Assembly (NCBI GenBank): GCA_029778565.1 | Contig: JAKOQC010000249.1 | Span: 45,611 to 109,610, forward strand | Reading direction: 5' to 3' | DNA length: 64,000 nucleotides | Origin: a bacterium | GTDB lineage: Bacteria > Patescibacteriota > Saccharimonadia > CAILAD01 > BJGX01 | Shown here: piece by piece, positions 39,348-49,051 of the stretch | How the letters are laid out: each line of letters begins with the position of its first letter | Numbering within the stretch: the first letter of the stretch is position 1 | Position numbers and translations under genes: made by a program | Notes under the pieces: model-generated | The model's input: the letters and a program-made list of their open reading frames with translations, nothing else | Database searches by the model: none | What the model was told of the DNA's origin: nothing

Positions 39348-40952
39348 ATGGAACTCCCAAAACAGATAGTCTTTCAGGCTATCGAGCAAGCTTATACTAA
39401 CGAATTTCAAGAGAAACTCCCGACAGGAGTGAGTTTAGACTATTGCGAGGCAAAGTTTGGTGATTTTGCATCGAATATTGCCATGCAATTAGCTCCTAAA
39501 TTACAACTCTCACCTAGGGAAGTGGCTGATTCTTTAGCTGAAGAAGTGCGGAAAGTAAAAGATATTGATACTGTTGAGGTGGCTGGGCCGGGGTTTATTA
39601 ATATCACACTCAGCAACGAGACGTGGTGTAGATATGCCGAAAATCTTACTCAGTTTGGTAACCTAAATCAGGCAAAACCTCAAAAAGTACAAATAGAGTT
39701 TGTTAGTGCTAACCCTACCGGTCCATTAGTACTTACCAATGCTTGGCAAGGATACTATGGGGATATTTTAGCCAATATCTATTCTAGCCAGGGCTACCAA
39801 GTAGCCCGAGAATATTATCTGAATGACGGTGGCAACCAGATAATAGCTCTTGGTGATGCTATTCAACAGAGCCTGGGTAAGGATTTTTCTGAAGAACGTG
39901 CCAAAGAGCTTTATAGAGGTGAGTATGTAGATGCAGTTGCCAAGACAATTAGTGAAGAGTATGGAGACGCTAGCCGGGTTTTAGCTACTCAGCCAGCAAT
40001 AATTGGTAAACGTGCAGCAGAAATTATTCTCGACCATTATATACGTCGTGATCTCGAGCATTTGGGTGTGCATTTTGACACAATCTTTTCTGAAACTATT
40101 GCAGATACGAAGGCTACCTTAGCTAGACTGAAAGAAGCCGGGCTTCTAAAAGAAAAAGAGGGGGCTATCTGGCTGAATGGCGAAAAGATTGGTCTCGATA
40201 AAGATGAGGTGTTGGTGAGGAGTTATGATAAAGGTGAAACCTACTTCCTAAAAGATATCGCTTATCAACTTAATCGCATAGAGGATAGGGGGTTTGAAAA
40301 AACTATTACCATTGTGGGCCCAGATCATCACGGTCAAGCCATACGGCTTGTAAAGACACTCGAGGCACTTGGCCACACGAGTTTTACCGAGCTGTCGACT
40401 CAAACTATCCGCCTTATCAAAGATGGGAAAGAGTTTAAGATGAGTAAACGGGCCGGTAATTATATCCTCCTTGCCGATTTCCTTAATGAGGTGCCAACCG
40501 AGGCAGCTCGATTCTACTTTGGCATGCGCGACACTAATAGTCATATGGATTTCGATATTGATCTTGTAAAAGAGCGATCACAGAAGAATCCGGTATATTA
40601 TGCAATGTATGCCTATGCCCGGGCATGTTCACTCCGTTCTTTAGCTAAAGAGAATAATCTAGTGACTGCCAATAATCTTTCACCAGACAACCTATCGGCA
40701 CCCCAGCGTGAGTTGTTGCGACAGATTAGTCAGTTACCAGAAATATTGCAGGCAATAACTCAAAATCACAAGGTACACCTTCTGCTTCATGCGACATTAG
40801 AAGTAGCACAGTGTTTTCATGAGTGGTACGAGCAAGAAAAGATAGTAGGTAGTGATGATGCTCAGCACAAACTCGCCCTACTCGATAGATTCTGCTCTAT
40901 TTATGAGGTAATCTTTTCTATTCTTGGAGTAACTCTCTTAGAAAAAATGTAA
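39348..40952 (+). CDS. argS: arginine--tRNA ligase
   Basis: FGDFASN.A, AGPGFIN, EFVSANPTGPL, KMSKR.G, YAYAR. Confidence 0.93.
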   Translation: MELPKQIVFQAIEQAYTNEFQEKLPTGVSLDYCEAKFGDFASNIAMQLAPKLQLSPREVADSLAEEVRKVKDIDTVEVAGPGFINITLSNETWCRYAENLTQFGNLNQAKPQKVQIEFVSANPTGPLVLTNAWQGYYGDILANIYSSQGYQVAREYYLNDGGNQIIALGDAIQQSLGKDFSEERAKELYRGEYVDAVAKTISEEYGDASRVLATQPAIIGKRAAEIILDHYIRRDLEHLGVHFDTIFSETIADTKATLARLKEAGLLKEKEGAIWLNGEKIGLDKDEVLVRSYDKGETYFLKDIAYQLNRIEDRGFEKTITIVGPDHHGQAIRLVKTLEALGHTSFTELSTQTIRLIKDGKEFKMSKRAGNYILLADFLNEVPTEAARFYFGMRDTNSHMDFDIDLVKERSQKNPVYYAMYAYARACSLRSLAKENNLVTANNLSPDNLSAPQRELLRQISQLPEILQAITQNHKVHLLLHATLEVAQCFHEWYEQEKIVGSDDAQHKLALLDRFCSIYEVIFSILGVTLLEKM

Positions 40953-40958
40953 CTTGCT

Positions 40959-42914
40959 TTAAATGGGCAGGCTAAAAAGCCCATCCTTACTAACAAAGTA
41001 GAGCAGGTTATTTTTCTCATCGACAGTAAAATTGGTAATATTAGTTGTGTTATTTACAACTAACTGCTTTTGAAATACCGCGCTATTACCCTGGATAGTT
41101 AACAACGTAAACGAATTGTTACTGCTGTCGAGTAAGAAAAGCGATTCTGGAGAAGAACGGTAGCCAAGCTGTATGACATTATCAAGAGACGGTATACCGG
41201 TAGTGGTAAAGCTTTGGGCTGTATTCTGGCTATATTGGCGAATATTACCTGACTTATTTGTAGTATATATTGTGTTTCCCACAACAAAGCTAACAGCATC
41301 CTTTAGGCTCGGATCGTTTGTCTTTAAGTAATTTGTTTGTGGGCCAAACTGATTACTGCCAACAGAGCGAAAACGGTAAATTTGGCCAGCGGACGGCATT
41401 AAAAAGTAGAGATTGCCAGCATAGGTGGCGGTGGCTTGTGCGCTGGGCCAGAAACTTGCACTCGTACGTGCTTCTGTGACGGTTAAATCTGGTTTAACTG
41501 AGAACACCGATGACTGGGTCAGGGCATAGGTAAGAGGAGAGTCTGTCGATGAAACGAGCCATTTGCTATCAACTAAGCTGGTTTGGGTTTTATTTGTTGT
41601 CTTGTTAGAGCTAGTAATGTAGCCTAGAAGCCTACCAGTAGCTGGATTTAACAAATTGAGTTGTGTTGAAGTGCCGGTTAACAGAGAATACGAAAAGTTG
41701 TTCTCACTAAAGGTTTTTGTGGCACTCACCCGAAAGATATTATGAATTTCATCGAGTTGAACTTGTGAGTATTGTGCAATCTCATCAAGCGTTGGTTGTT
41801 TATGGCCTGAGGCATACTTATTAAGTGTGGTTTTTTCGGTTGCACTAAGGCTAGATATTTCTTTTAGAACTTGGTTAAACTGTGCCTCTGAGTTACTTGT
41901 GTCTTGGTTGGTTTTGCTTGCTTGGGCATTTGTATACAGACCTTGAATCTTCTGATACTCTGTTGATGTTTTGCTATTACTACCAAAAATATTCCAAGCG
42001 ATAATACTAGCAATAATAATAGCTATCACTCCACCAATAATAAGTAATGCTCTCAGTGGGTTTGGATTAATATACGTACTCCATAGCTTTGTCCAGAGTG
42101 ATTGTAAACGATGTGTAATGGCTCTTACTGGTTTTGTTTTGTGAGTATGGGTACTAGGTTGGCTTTGAGTAGTTTTCTTGGAGATGATACGCGATTTAAC
42201 AATCCTGTAGTGTCGTTTAATATTGTGGTGAGCTTTGGCAATAATTCCAGTAGAAGCAAGTACGGGCAACTTGCCAAGAGGTGACTGAGATTGAGTGTCA
42301 AAGTTAATGATTAGGTTAAACCAAGCAGATTCAACGCGACCATGGGTAGTCAAATGTACTGAATAGGCTATTTCTTCTAAGCTATTTGATTTTGGGTTAT
42401 TACTGCTTTCGGCGAGGGTAATAAAAAGATGTTTTAAATCTTTGTGTGATCCAGAAATAATTTCTGAAAACTCAAGAAATTCTTCTGGCGTATAAACCTC
42501 GTGTAGGCGATGTGAGCTGTCTTCGGCAATAATATAGCCTTCACCACAGGCCGAGACGAGAAACTCGCTCTCAGTAATAGTAATGATGCAAATACTATAC
42601 TCGTATTCTTGTCGGTGGTCTTTGTAGTAGTGTCGAATTTCTTCCATACCTGTGTTAATGGCACGAATAGACCGACTAAAGCGCTTAAAATTGTCATCTT
42701 CAATTTCTGCGCGGTAATAATGATCTTCAAAACTTACAATGGCACGTTCGAATACTTGCTGATGCACTTCTCCAGGAATATATGCCAGAAAGAACGTTTC
42801 GCCGTAATGATTGTTATTAGAGTGAGAGTTTAAGACTTGGAAGTGAAAGTTGGCTGCTGTTGGCAAACCTTTTGCGGGAGAGGCTGTCTTATATGTACAT
42901 AACTCTCTTTCCAT
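40959..42914 (-). CDS. CPR hypothetical: cytoplasmic domain, TM helix, extracellular beta-propeller
   Basis: Central TM, YAGNLY...QIYRF propeller-like repeats. Confidence 0.65.
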   Translation of the reverse strand: MERELCTYKTASPAKGLPTAANFHFQVLNSHSNNNHYGETFFLAYIPGEVHQQVFERAIVSFEDHYYRAEIEDDNFKRFSRSIRAINTGMEEIRHYYKDHRQEYEYSICIITITESEFLVSACGEGYIIAEDSSHRLHEVYTPEEFLEFSEIISGSHKDLKHLFITLAESSNNPKSNSLEEIAYSVHLTTHGRVESAWFNLIINFDTQSQSPLGKLPVLASTGIIAKAHHNIKRHYRIVKSRIISKKTTQSQPSTHTHKTKPVRAITHRLQSLWTKLWSTYINPNPLRALLIIGGVIAIIIASIIAWNIFGSNSKTSTEYQKIQGLYTNAQASKTNQDTSNSEAQFNQVLKEISSLSATEKTTLNKYASGHKQPTLDEIAQYSQVQLDEIHNIFRVSATKTFSENNFSYSLLTGTSTQLNLLNPATGRLLGYITSSNKTTNKTQTSLVDSKWLVSSTDSPLTYALTQSSVFSVKPDLTVTEARTSASFWPSAQATATYAGNLYFLMPSAGQIYRFRSVGSNQFGPQTNYLKTNDPSLKDAVSFVVGNTIYTTNKSGNIRQYSQNTAQSFTTTGIPSLDNVIQLGYRSSPESLFLLDSSNNSFTLLTIQGNSAVFQKQLVVNNTTNITNFTVDEKNNLLYFVSKDGLFSLPI

Positions 42915-42984
42915 AAAACCCCTTTTTATTAGCTTAACATCTTATCTATAGGTTACCAAGTAGATTTCTCGTATAATGAAATAA

Positions 42985-45807
42985 ATGGAGAGGTATAATG
43001 CAGCACAAAAGCAGGCGATAGCCCATGGTGAGGGGCCAGCTTTAGTTGTGGCCGGGGCTGGTACAGGTAAGACAGCTGTTATTACACAGAGAATACTTCG
43101 ATTAATAGAATCTCGCCGAGTGGCTCCAGAAAAGATATTGGCTTTAACATTTACCGATAAAGCCGCTGCAGAAATGCAAGATAGAGTAGACGATATATCG
43201 CCCATTGGATATATCGATAGTACAATAACTACATTTCATAGTTTTTGCGCTGAAATATTACGTGGTTATGGGGTAGAGATGGGCCTAAGTACTGATTTTA
43301 CAATTATTTCGGGCTATCAACAGGTAGTAATTTTGCAGTCTGTAATAAACGAACTTGACCTGGTTTACTACAAAACCAATAGTAGCCCATATAGCTTTGT
43401 AAATGCAGTACTTGGTTTTCTGGGACGCCTGAAAGATGAGGGGATAACCGAGCAAAAGTTTGCCCAATTTGTTAAACAGAGCAAGCTAGAGGGTGAAGAA
43501 AAAGAGCGAAACGTAGAGCTTTCTCATATCTTTACGGCTTTCGAAAAAGCCAAGCTAGAACAAAATTGTCTTGATTACTCAGACTTATTGGTCTGTTGCT
43601 TGGAGCTTTTTCAGTTAAGAAAAGAGGTTTTAAAGTATTTTCAACAACAATATGAATATATTTTGGTTGATGAATACCAGGATACTAACTACGTTCAGAA
43701 CGAAATAGTAAAAATATTATCAAAAAAACATCGAAATTTGTTTGTTGTTGGTGATGATGATCAGTCAATTTACCGATTTAGAGGTGCAGCTATTAGTAAT
43801 ATATTGCACTTTATCGATGATTTTCCGGATGCGAAGCAATTTGTACTTACTCAAAACTATCGTTCCACACAGCAAATTCTAGATGTTAGTTATCGTCTTA
43901 TTAACCATAACAATCCCTATCGACTAGAAACTCAAAACAATATCAACAAAAAGTTATCATCTACCCAAAAAGGTAAGGCACCAGAAGTAAATTTCCTTGC
44001 AACTCAGCCCATGGAAGCAGAATGGGTAGTTAATAAGATAGAAAGTCTCATTAAATCCGGTACCCCCTCGAATGAAATTGCTATTCTCTTACGTAAGAAC
44101 AATCAAGCCGAAGTCTTTACCCATCTATTAGAGAAAAAATCTATTTCTTATGAGCTTAGTCAGAACAAAAAACTCTTTGAGCAAGAGCCAGTAAGGTCAC
44201 TTATTAATCTTATAAAGGCTATTAATAACCCAGACGATTCACAAGCACTCTATCTGGTATTGGTTGGGCACATCTATTCTTTGCCAATCGATGAAATAGT
44301 AAGTGCAAGTGCGGCTGCACACAGGGCACGGATAAGCCTTGAAGAATATCTAAATACAAGTAATGAAAGCCCAAATGGCGGCAAACAAGCGCTAGATGAT
44401 ATTAAAGAACTACGCCAAAATGCGCTTACACTAACAGGAGGGCAAATACTTTACTCCTATCTAGAAAAATATCATATTATTCAAAATTTAGTAGATAAAT
44501 CTGAGTCTGATTATAATGCTGTTTTGCAGTTACAATACTTATCGCAATTTTTCTCGCTCATTCGAGACTACGAAAGGACTGTTGCAACCCCCAATCTCTA
44601 TGGCTTGTATCAGTATTTCGAATTAATGCATCAAAGTGAGGTAGATATTGTCTCAGAAGTAGCACCGCTTGATCAGTCAGCTGTGCAGATATTGACGGTA
44701 CATAAAGCAAAAGGGCTTGAGTTTAGTGCTGTATTTTTAGTTGATATGGTAGAGCAGACATTTCCAGCCACACGGCGCCCAGAACCTATTAGAATACCAG
44801 ATGGCCTACTAGAGGGCAGTGATAGTGCTGATATCAACTGGCATTTACTTGAAGAAAGACGGTTGTGCTACGTTGCTATGACAAGAGCAAAAAACACTCT
44901 CTATATAACAGGTTCGGCTGATCATGGTGGCAAGCGATCCAAAAAACCCTCCCGATTCATTACTGAAGCAACAAATTATACTCCTAAGAAATCAGAACTT
45001 TCTCAGATAAAATCGGCCTTTGCTGATTTTCAACCCACGCTAGCAGCAAAAACCAGTAAGAATTTTGATCCTACGCAGAAGTACTTTGATGAAGGTGGCT
45101 GGCTTCATTTGAGTGCCAATCAAGTAGCTGACTATCTGCGTTCGCCCAAAGAATTTTGGTATTTTGATGTTTTACAACTACCCAAAGGCCCGTTTCATTC
45201 TCTGGTATATGGTTCGGCTATACATGCCGCTATAGAGTATTATTATAGCCGTGTAATACGTGATCAAAGGGTAAATCTGAATGAGTTACATACAGTATTT
45301 GATAATTCTTGGAAGAGTGAAGGGTTTGTGTCGTTTCAGCACGAACAAGCAAGGCGTAAAAAGGGGAAAGAAGTGCTAGGACGGTTTTACAAGGAGCAAC
45401 AAGCCAAAAAAGACTTCCCTAAATGGGTAGAAAAAGCATTTACACTGCGATTACCAGAAGTAAAAATGGTTATCCGGGGTAGATATGATGCAGTTTTTGA
45501 TAGGCAGGGAAAAATAGAGATAAGTGACTTTAAAACTGGTGAGGTTAAGGATGAAAAAGCTGCTCAGAAGAAGCTAAAAGACAGTATACAAATGGCGATT
45601 TACGCCTTAGCGTGGGAAAAGATAGCCAAAACACCGGTAGAATCTCTCAGTTTAAACTTTCTTGAAAAGTCTATTCTTGTGAAGCAGCAACCAATAGACG
45701 AAAGTGTGGTTATTGCTAAGTTAAATAAAGTGCGCGATGGTATACTAAGTAAAGAATTTAGTCAGAGTGGTGAAAGTAGAGTAAATTTTGGAAGTTTTAT
45801 CGAATGA
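42985..45807 (+). CDS. UvrD/PcrA-like helicase fused to C-terminal PD-(D/E)XK nuclease
   Basis: AGAGTGKT, DEYQD, GDDDQSIYRFRGA, HKAKGLEF, EERRL.YVAMTRA; GRYD...DFKT, Q..IY. Confidence 0.92.
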   Translation: MERYNAAQKQAIAHGEGPALVVAGAGTGKTAVITQRILRLIESRRVAPEKILALTFTDKAAAEMQDRVDDISPIGYIDSTITTFHSFCAEILRGYGVEMGLSTDFTIISGYQQVVILQSVINELDLVYYKTNSSPYSFVNAVLGFLGRLKDEGITEQKFAQFVKQSKLEGEEKERNVELSHIFTAFEKAKLEQNCLDYSDLLVCCLELFQLRKEVLKYFQQQYEYILVDEYQDTNYVQNEIVKILSKKHRNLFVVGDDDQSIYRFRGAAISNILHFIDDFPDAKQFVLTQNYRSTQQILDVSYRLINHNNPYRLETQNNINKKLSSTQKGKAPEVNFLATQPMEAEWVVNKIESLIKSGTPSNEIAILLRKNNQAEVFTHLLEKKSISYELSQNKKLFEQEPVRSLINLIKAINNPDDSQALYLVLVGHIYSLPIDEIVSASAAAHRARISLEEYLNTSNESPNGGKQALDDIKELRQNALTLTGGQILYSYLEKYHIIQNLVDKSESDYNAVLQLQYLSQFFSLIRDYERTVATPNLYGLYQYFELMHQSEVDIVSEVAPLDQSAVQILTVHKAKGLEFSAVFLVDMVEQTFPATRRPEPIRIPDGLLEGSDSADINWHLLEERRLCYVAMTRAKNTLYITGSADHGGKRSKKPSRFITEATNYTPKKSELSQIKSAFADFQPTLAAKTSKNFDPTQKYFDEGGWLHLSANQVADYLRSPKEFWYFDVLQLPKGPFHSLVYGSAIHAAIEYYYSRVIRDQRVNLNELHTVFDNSWKSEGFVSFQHEQARRKKGKEVLGRFYKEQQAKKDFPKWVEKAFTLRLPEVKMVIRGRYDAVFDRQGKIEISDFKTGEVKDEKAAQKKLKDSIQMAIYALAWEKIAKTPVESLSLNFLEKSILVKQQPIDESVVIAKLNKVRDGILSKEFSQSGESRVNFGSFIE

Positions 45808-46304
45808 ATAATCATATCCACAGAGACCAAGAATGGCTCGAAAATATGTTAGCCGACATCTGGTATAAGTACTTTTTTGATGTTGAGCAATCGAACAACG
45901 TAACTATACGATATGGCAGAAAAGCTAAACGGCGTCTAGGGTCTATCAGTCTCGATAGAGTGGACGGAGTAACGTCAATAATTACTATAAACCCACTCTA
46001 TCAAGACGAGATGGTTCCAGAATATGTTGTAAAAGCTACCATAGTACACGAAATGACCCACTATGCACACGGATTTAATTCTCCTCACGAGCAAAAACAG
46101 CGGCACCCTCATTCTGGAGGGGTAATACGCAAGGAATTTGCCGAACGAGGTCTAGAAGATCTTTATCTTAAGCAACAGAAGTGGTTAAAGGACAACTGGA
46201 TAGGTGTAGTCGAGAAGTATTTTGGACCGCAAAAACCAATATATAGAGTACGACGCAAAAGTACCTCACAATCGATCAAAATTAGCCCATGGTGGATGAG
46301 CTAA
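45804..46304 (+). CDS. SprT-like zinc metalloprotease
   Basis: HEMTH.AHG and PH.G; ATGA-coupled to the helicase. Confidence 0.7.
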   Translation: MNNHIHRDQEWLENMLADIWYKYFFDVEQSNNVTIRYGRKAKRRLGSISLDRVDGVTSIITINPLYQDEMVPEYVVKATIVHEMTHYAHGFNSPHEQKQRHPHSGGVIRKEFAERGLEDLYLKQQKWLKDNWIGVVEKYFGPQKPIYRVRRKSTSQSIKISPWWMS

Positions 46305-46439
46305 ATTATTATAAACATAACTTGCTTAGCAAATTAGTCCGTCATAAAAGCAAAAAACAAAAATCTGCACATAAATTAACAACAAAAAACTTATGGTAAA
46401 ACTATTGAAAAATAGCATTAATTATGATATAGTGTGTTT

Positions 46440-46784
46440 ATGAAACAGCGAAAAGTATCAATAACGCAAGGTAATAATATAGTTGCACAAAGTTCGGGCT
46501 ATACATTAAAGCAAAAGGCCTCTATTAGAAGTCGCGAGCGACTCAATAAGTTAGCAGTTACTAAAGCAAGAAAGTACTTACTGTTTGCTCTTATTACTTT
46601 TGTATTTACTCAAATAATCAAATTCCTTACTAACAGTGTCTTTTGGAATGGAAGTGAAACTCCAACAGGAGTATTGTTCTTGTTTGTAACTTACCTTCAG
46701 ATAGGATTATTGTTATTTACATTTATCTTTTTGGTAAGTGCTGCTTACCAAGCATTGAAACGTATTTTTTCTGATATAGCCTAA
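46440..46784 (+). CDS. hypothetical membrane protein
   Basis: Basic N-terminus, two TM helices. Confidence 0.65.
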   Translation: MKQRKVSITQGNNIVAQSSGYTLKQKASIRSRERLNKLAVTKARKYLLFALITFVFTQIIKFLTNSVFWNGSETPTGVLFLFVTYLQIGLLLFTFIFLVSAAYQALKRIFSDIA

Positions 46785-46795
46785 AACTTAGTATA

Positions 46796-46810
46796 TTCGT
46801 ATTGTGTTCG
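46796..46810 (+). promoter_or_regulatory. candidate LexA/SOS box TTCG-TATTGTG-TTCG
   Basis: Covers the -35 region of the rmuC promoter (TATAAT 46824). Confidence 0.65.
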
Positions 46811-46835
46811 TACATTTCAACTGTATAATGGATGT

Positions 46836-47912
46836 ATGATTACTTTTTTATTGTTCTTAATGGTTGTTATTCTCATAGTTGGTTTTTTAGGGCTGTATCT
46901 TTCGTTTCAGGGTAAATTAGCACGTCTAAAAGATGACTCTTCACTTGGTTATATCAAGCAAGATCTTGAGGCTCTTAACCAGACGCTTAGTAAGACCCAA
47001 GAAGCGATGCATGAACGTATTGATCGCAATAACGCCACTATGCAAAGCAGTATGCATAAACAAATGAGCGAGTCATCTCGACTAATTCAAGAAGTAACTA
47101 CGCGTCTCACCAAGCTTGACGAAACTAATCGTAGGGTAGTAGACGTAGCCGATGAGCTAAAAACCCTACAAAACGTACTGTCCAACCCTAAACAACGGGG
47201 TGTACTTGGTGAATACTATTTAGGTGAAATTCTCAAGAACACCATGCCTCCAGATAGATATCAGCTGCAATATAAATTTAAAAATGGTGAGATAGTTGAT
47301 GCAGCTATTTTTTTAGATCAGGGAAAAGTATTGCCGATAGATTCAAAGTTCAGTTTAGAAAACTATAATCGAGTAGTTGAGGCAAAGGATAAAGAGAAGC
47401 GAGATGCGCTTATTAAACAGTTTAAAGTCGATTTAAAAGCCAGAATTGATGAAACCTCTAAATATATTCGTCCAGATGAGAATACGATGGATTTTGCCTT
47501 TATGTTTATACCTTCCGAAGCCATATATTATGACCTCCTTGTAAATAAAGTAGGTACTATCCAGACGAGTTCTCAAGACTTAATAGAATATGCATTTCGA
47601 GATAAACGGGTCATTATTGTCTCACCGACATCATTTATGGCATATTTACAGACGGTTATGCAGGGATTGAGGAGCTTGCAAATAGAAGAACAAGCCAAAG
47701 AAATACAAAAACGTGTAGGTCAGCTAGGCAAGCATCTAATAAATTATGATGAATATATGCACAAGCTGGGTAATTCTCTTGGTACTACGGTGAACCACTA
47801 CAATACTGCCCATAAAGAATTGAAGAAAATAGACAAAGATGTAGTAAAAATTGCTACAACCGATGAAGCCGTTGAGCAGCTGGTTATTGAGAAGCCTCAT
47901 TTAGAAGATTAG
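46836..47912 (+). CDS. rmuC: DNA recombination protein RmuC
   Basis: KQRG.LGE, IDSKF, KYI.P, DFA.MFIPSE, VSPT. Confidence 0.93.
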   Translation: MITFLLFLMVVILIVGFLGLYLSFQGKLARLKDDSSLGYIKQDLEALNQTLSKTQEAMHERIDRNNATMQSSMHKQMSESSRLIQEVTTRLTKLDETNRRVVDVADELKTLQNVLSNPKQRGVLGEYYLGEILKNTMPPDRYQLQYKFKNGEIVDAAIFLDQGKVLPIDSKFSLENYNRVVEAKDKEKRDALIKQFKVDLKARIDETSKYIRPDENTMDFAFMFIPSEAIYYDLLVNKVGTIQTSSQDLIEYAFRDKRVIIVSPTSFMAYLQTVMQGLRSLQIEEQAKEIQKRVGQLGKHLINYDEYMHKLGNSLGTTVNHYNTAHKELKKIDKDVVKIATTDEAVEQLVIEKPHLED

Positions 47913-47936
47913 CTGTGATATAATTTAGAGTATGAA

Positions 47937-47980
47937 TCCCGTTAGAAAAACTTTCGGGATAGAAAGGGTATTCTAACGGG
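47937..47980. mobile_element. 44-bp MITE-like palindromic insertion with ATGAA direct repeats
   Basis: Inverted ends CCCGTTAGAA/TTCTAACGGG flanked by ATGAA at 47932 and 47981. Confidence 0.7.
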
Positions 47981-48964
47981 ATGAAAACAGTATTTTCAGG
48001 ACTAAAACCAAGTGGTGATATGACAATCGGCAACTATCTTGGAGCAATGAAAAACTGGCCTTATCAGCAGGGTCTAGCTAGAACAATCTTCTTTGTACCC
48101 AATGCACATGCTATAACTGTTCGCCAAGACCCTACAGAACTAAAAAAACGAACATATGATTTAGTAGCTTGGTTGATTACTGTTGGTTTAGATCCAAAGA
48201 AATCGATAATTCTTGTTCAGTCTAAAGTACCAGCTCATGCCGAGTTGTGTTGGATTCTCGATAACTACGTTACAATGGGCGAGCTCAGTAGAATGACCGA
48301 ATATAAAGATAAGTCACAAAAACTTGGCCCCGAAGGACAGTTAGTCGGCCTGTTTAACTACCCAGTATTAATGGCAGCAGATATTTTGCTTTACGATGCC
48401 AATGAAGTACCTGTAGGAGAAGATCAGAGACAGCATCTAGAGCTGGCACGTACGATTGCTGAGAGATTTAACCGTCTTTATGGTAATACCTTTGTTTTAC
48501 CCAAGGCAACAATTCCCAAAACTGGCGCTCGCATAATGGGTCTTGATGATCCTACTAAGAAAATGAGTAAGAGCGATCATCCTGATAGCTTTATTATGCT
48601 TGCCGAAACAGCTGATAGTATACGTAAGAAAATTAAACGGGCTGTTACTGATTCAGACAATAGAATAATTTATGACAAAAAGGGTAAACCAGCAGTTTCT
48701 AATTTAATAGAGATATATGCAGGCTTTAGCGATGAAACAATCTCTGTTATCGAAAAGCGGTTTGTAGGTAAAGGCTATGGCGAGTTCAAGGCAGAGCTAG
48801 CAGAGCTAGTGGTAGAGAAGTTATCTCAATTACAGGCCGAGTTTTATAAAATTCGCGATAATGAGGCAATGTTAGACAAAGTAATAGACTCGGGAAGTGC
48901 TAAAGCTGCCGAAATTGCGAACGAAAAGCTACGTGAAGTTAAAGAAAAAATTGGTTTATTGTAA
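47981..48964 (+). CDS. trpS: tryptophan--tRNA ligase
   Basis: SG.KPSG..TIGNY.GA, YPVLMAADILLY, VPVGEDQ.QH, KMSKS. Confidence 0.97.
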   Translation: MKTVFSGLKPSGDMTIGNYLGAMKNWPYQQGLARTIFFVPNAHAITVRQDPTELKKRTYDLVAWLITVGLDPKKSIILVQSKVPAHAELCWILDNYVTMGELSRMTEYKDKSQKLGPEGQLVGLFNYPVLMAADILLYDANEVPVGEDQRQHLELARTIAERFNRLYGNTFVLPKATIPKTGARIMGLDDPTKKMSKSDHPDSFIMLAETADSIRKKIKRAVTDSDNRIIYDKKGKPAVSNLIEIYAGFSDETISVIEKRFVGKGYGEFKAELAELVVEKLSQLQAEFYKIRDNEAMLDKVIDSGSAKAAEIANEKLREVKEKIGLL

Positions 48965-49051
48965 AATATACCACGTACTCTAACAGGTATAGATGTAATA
49001 AATACGTTAAAAAGCATTGACATTAGCATAAGCGTTTGCTACAATAGTCTT

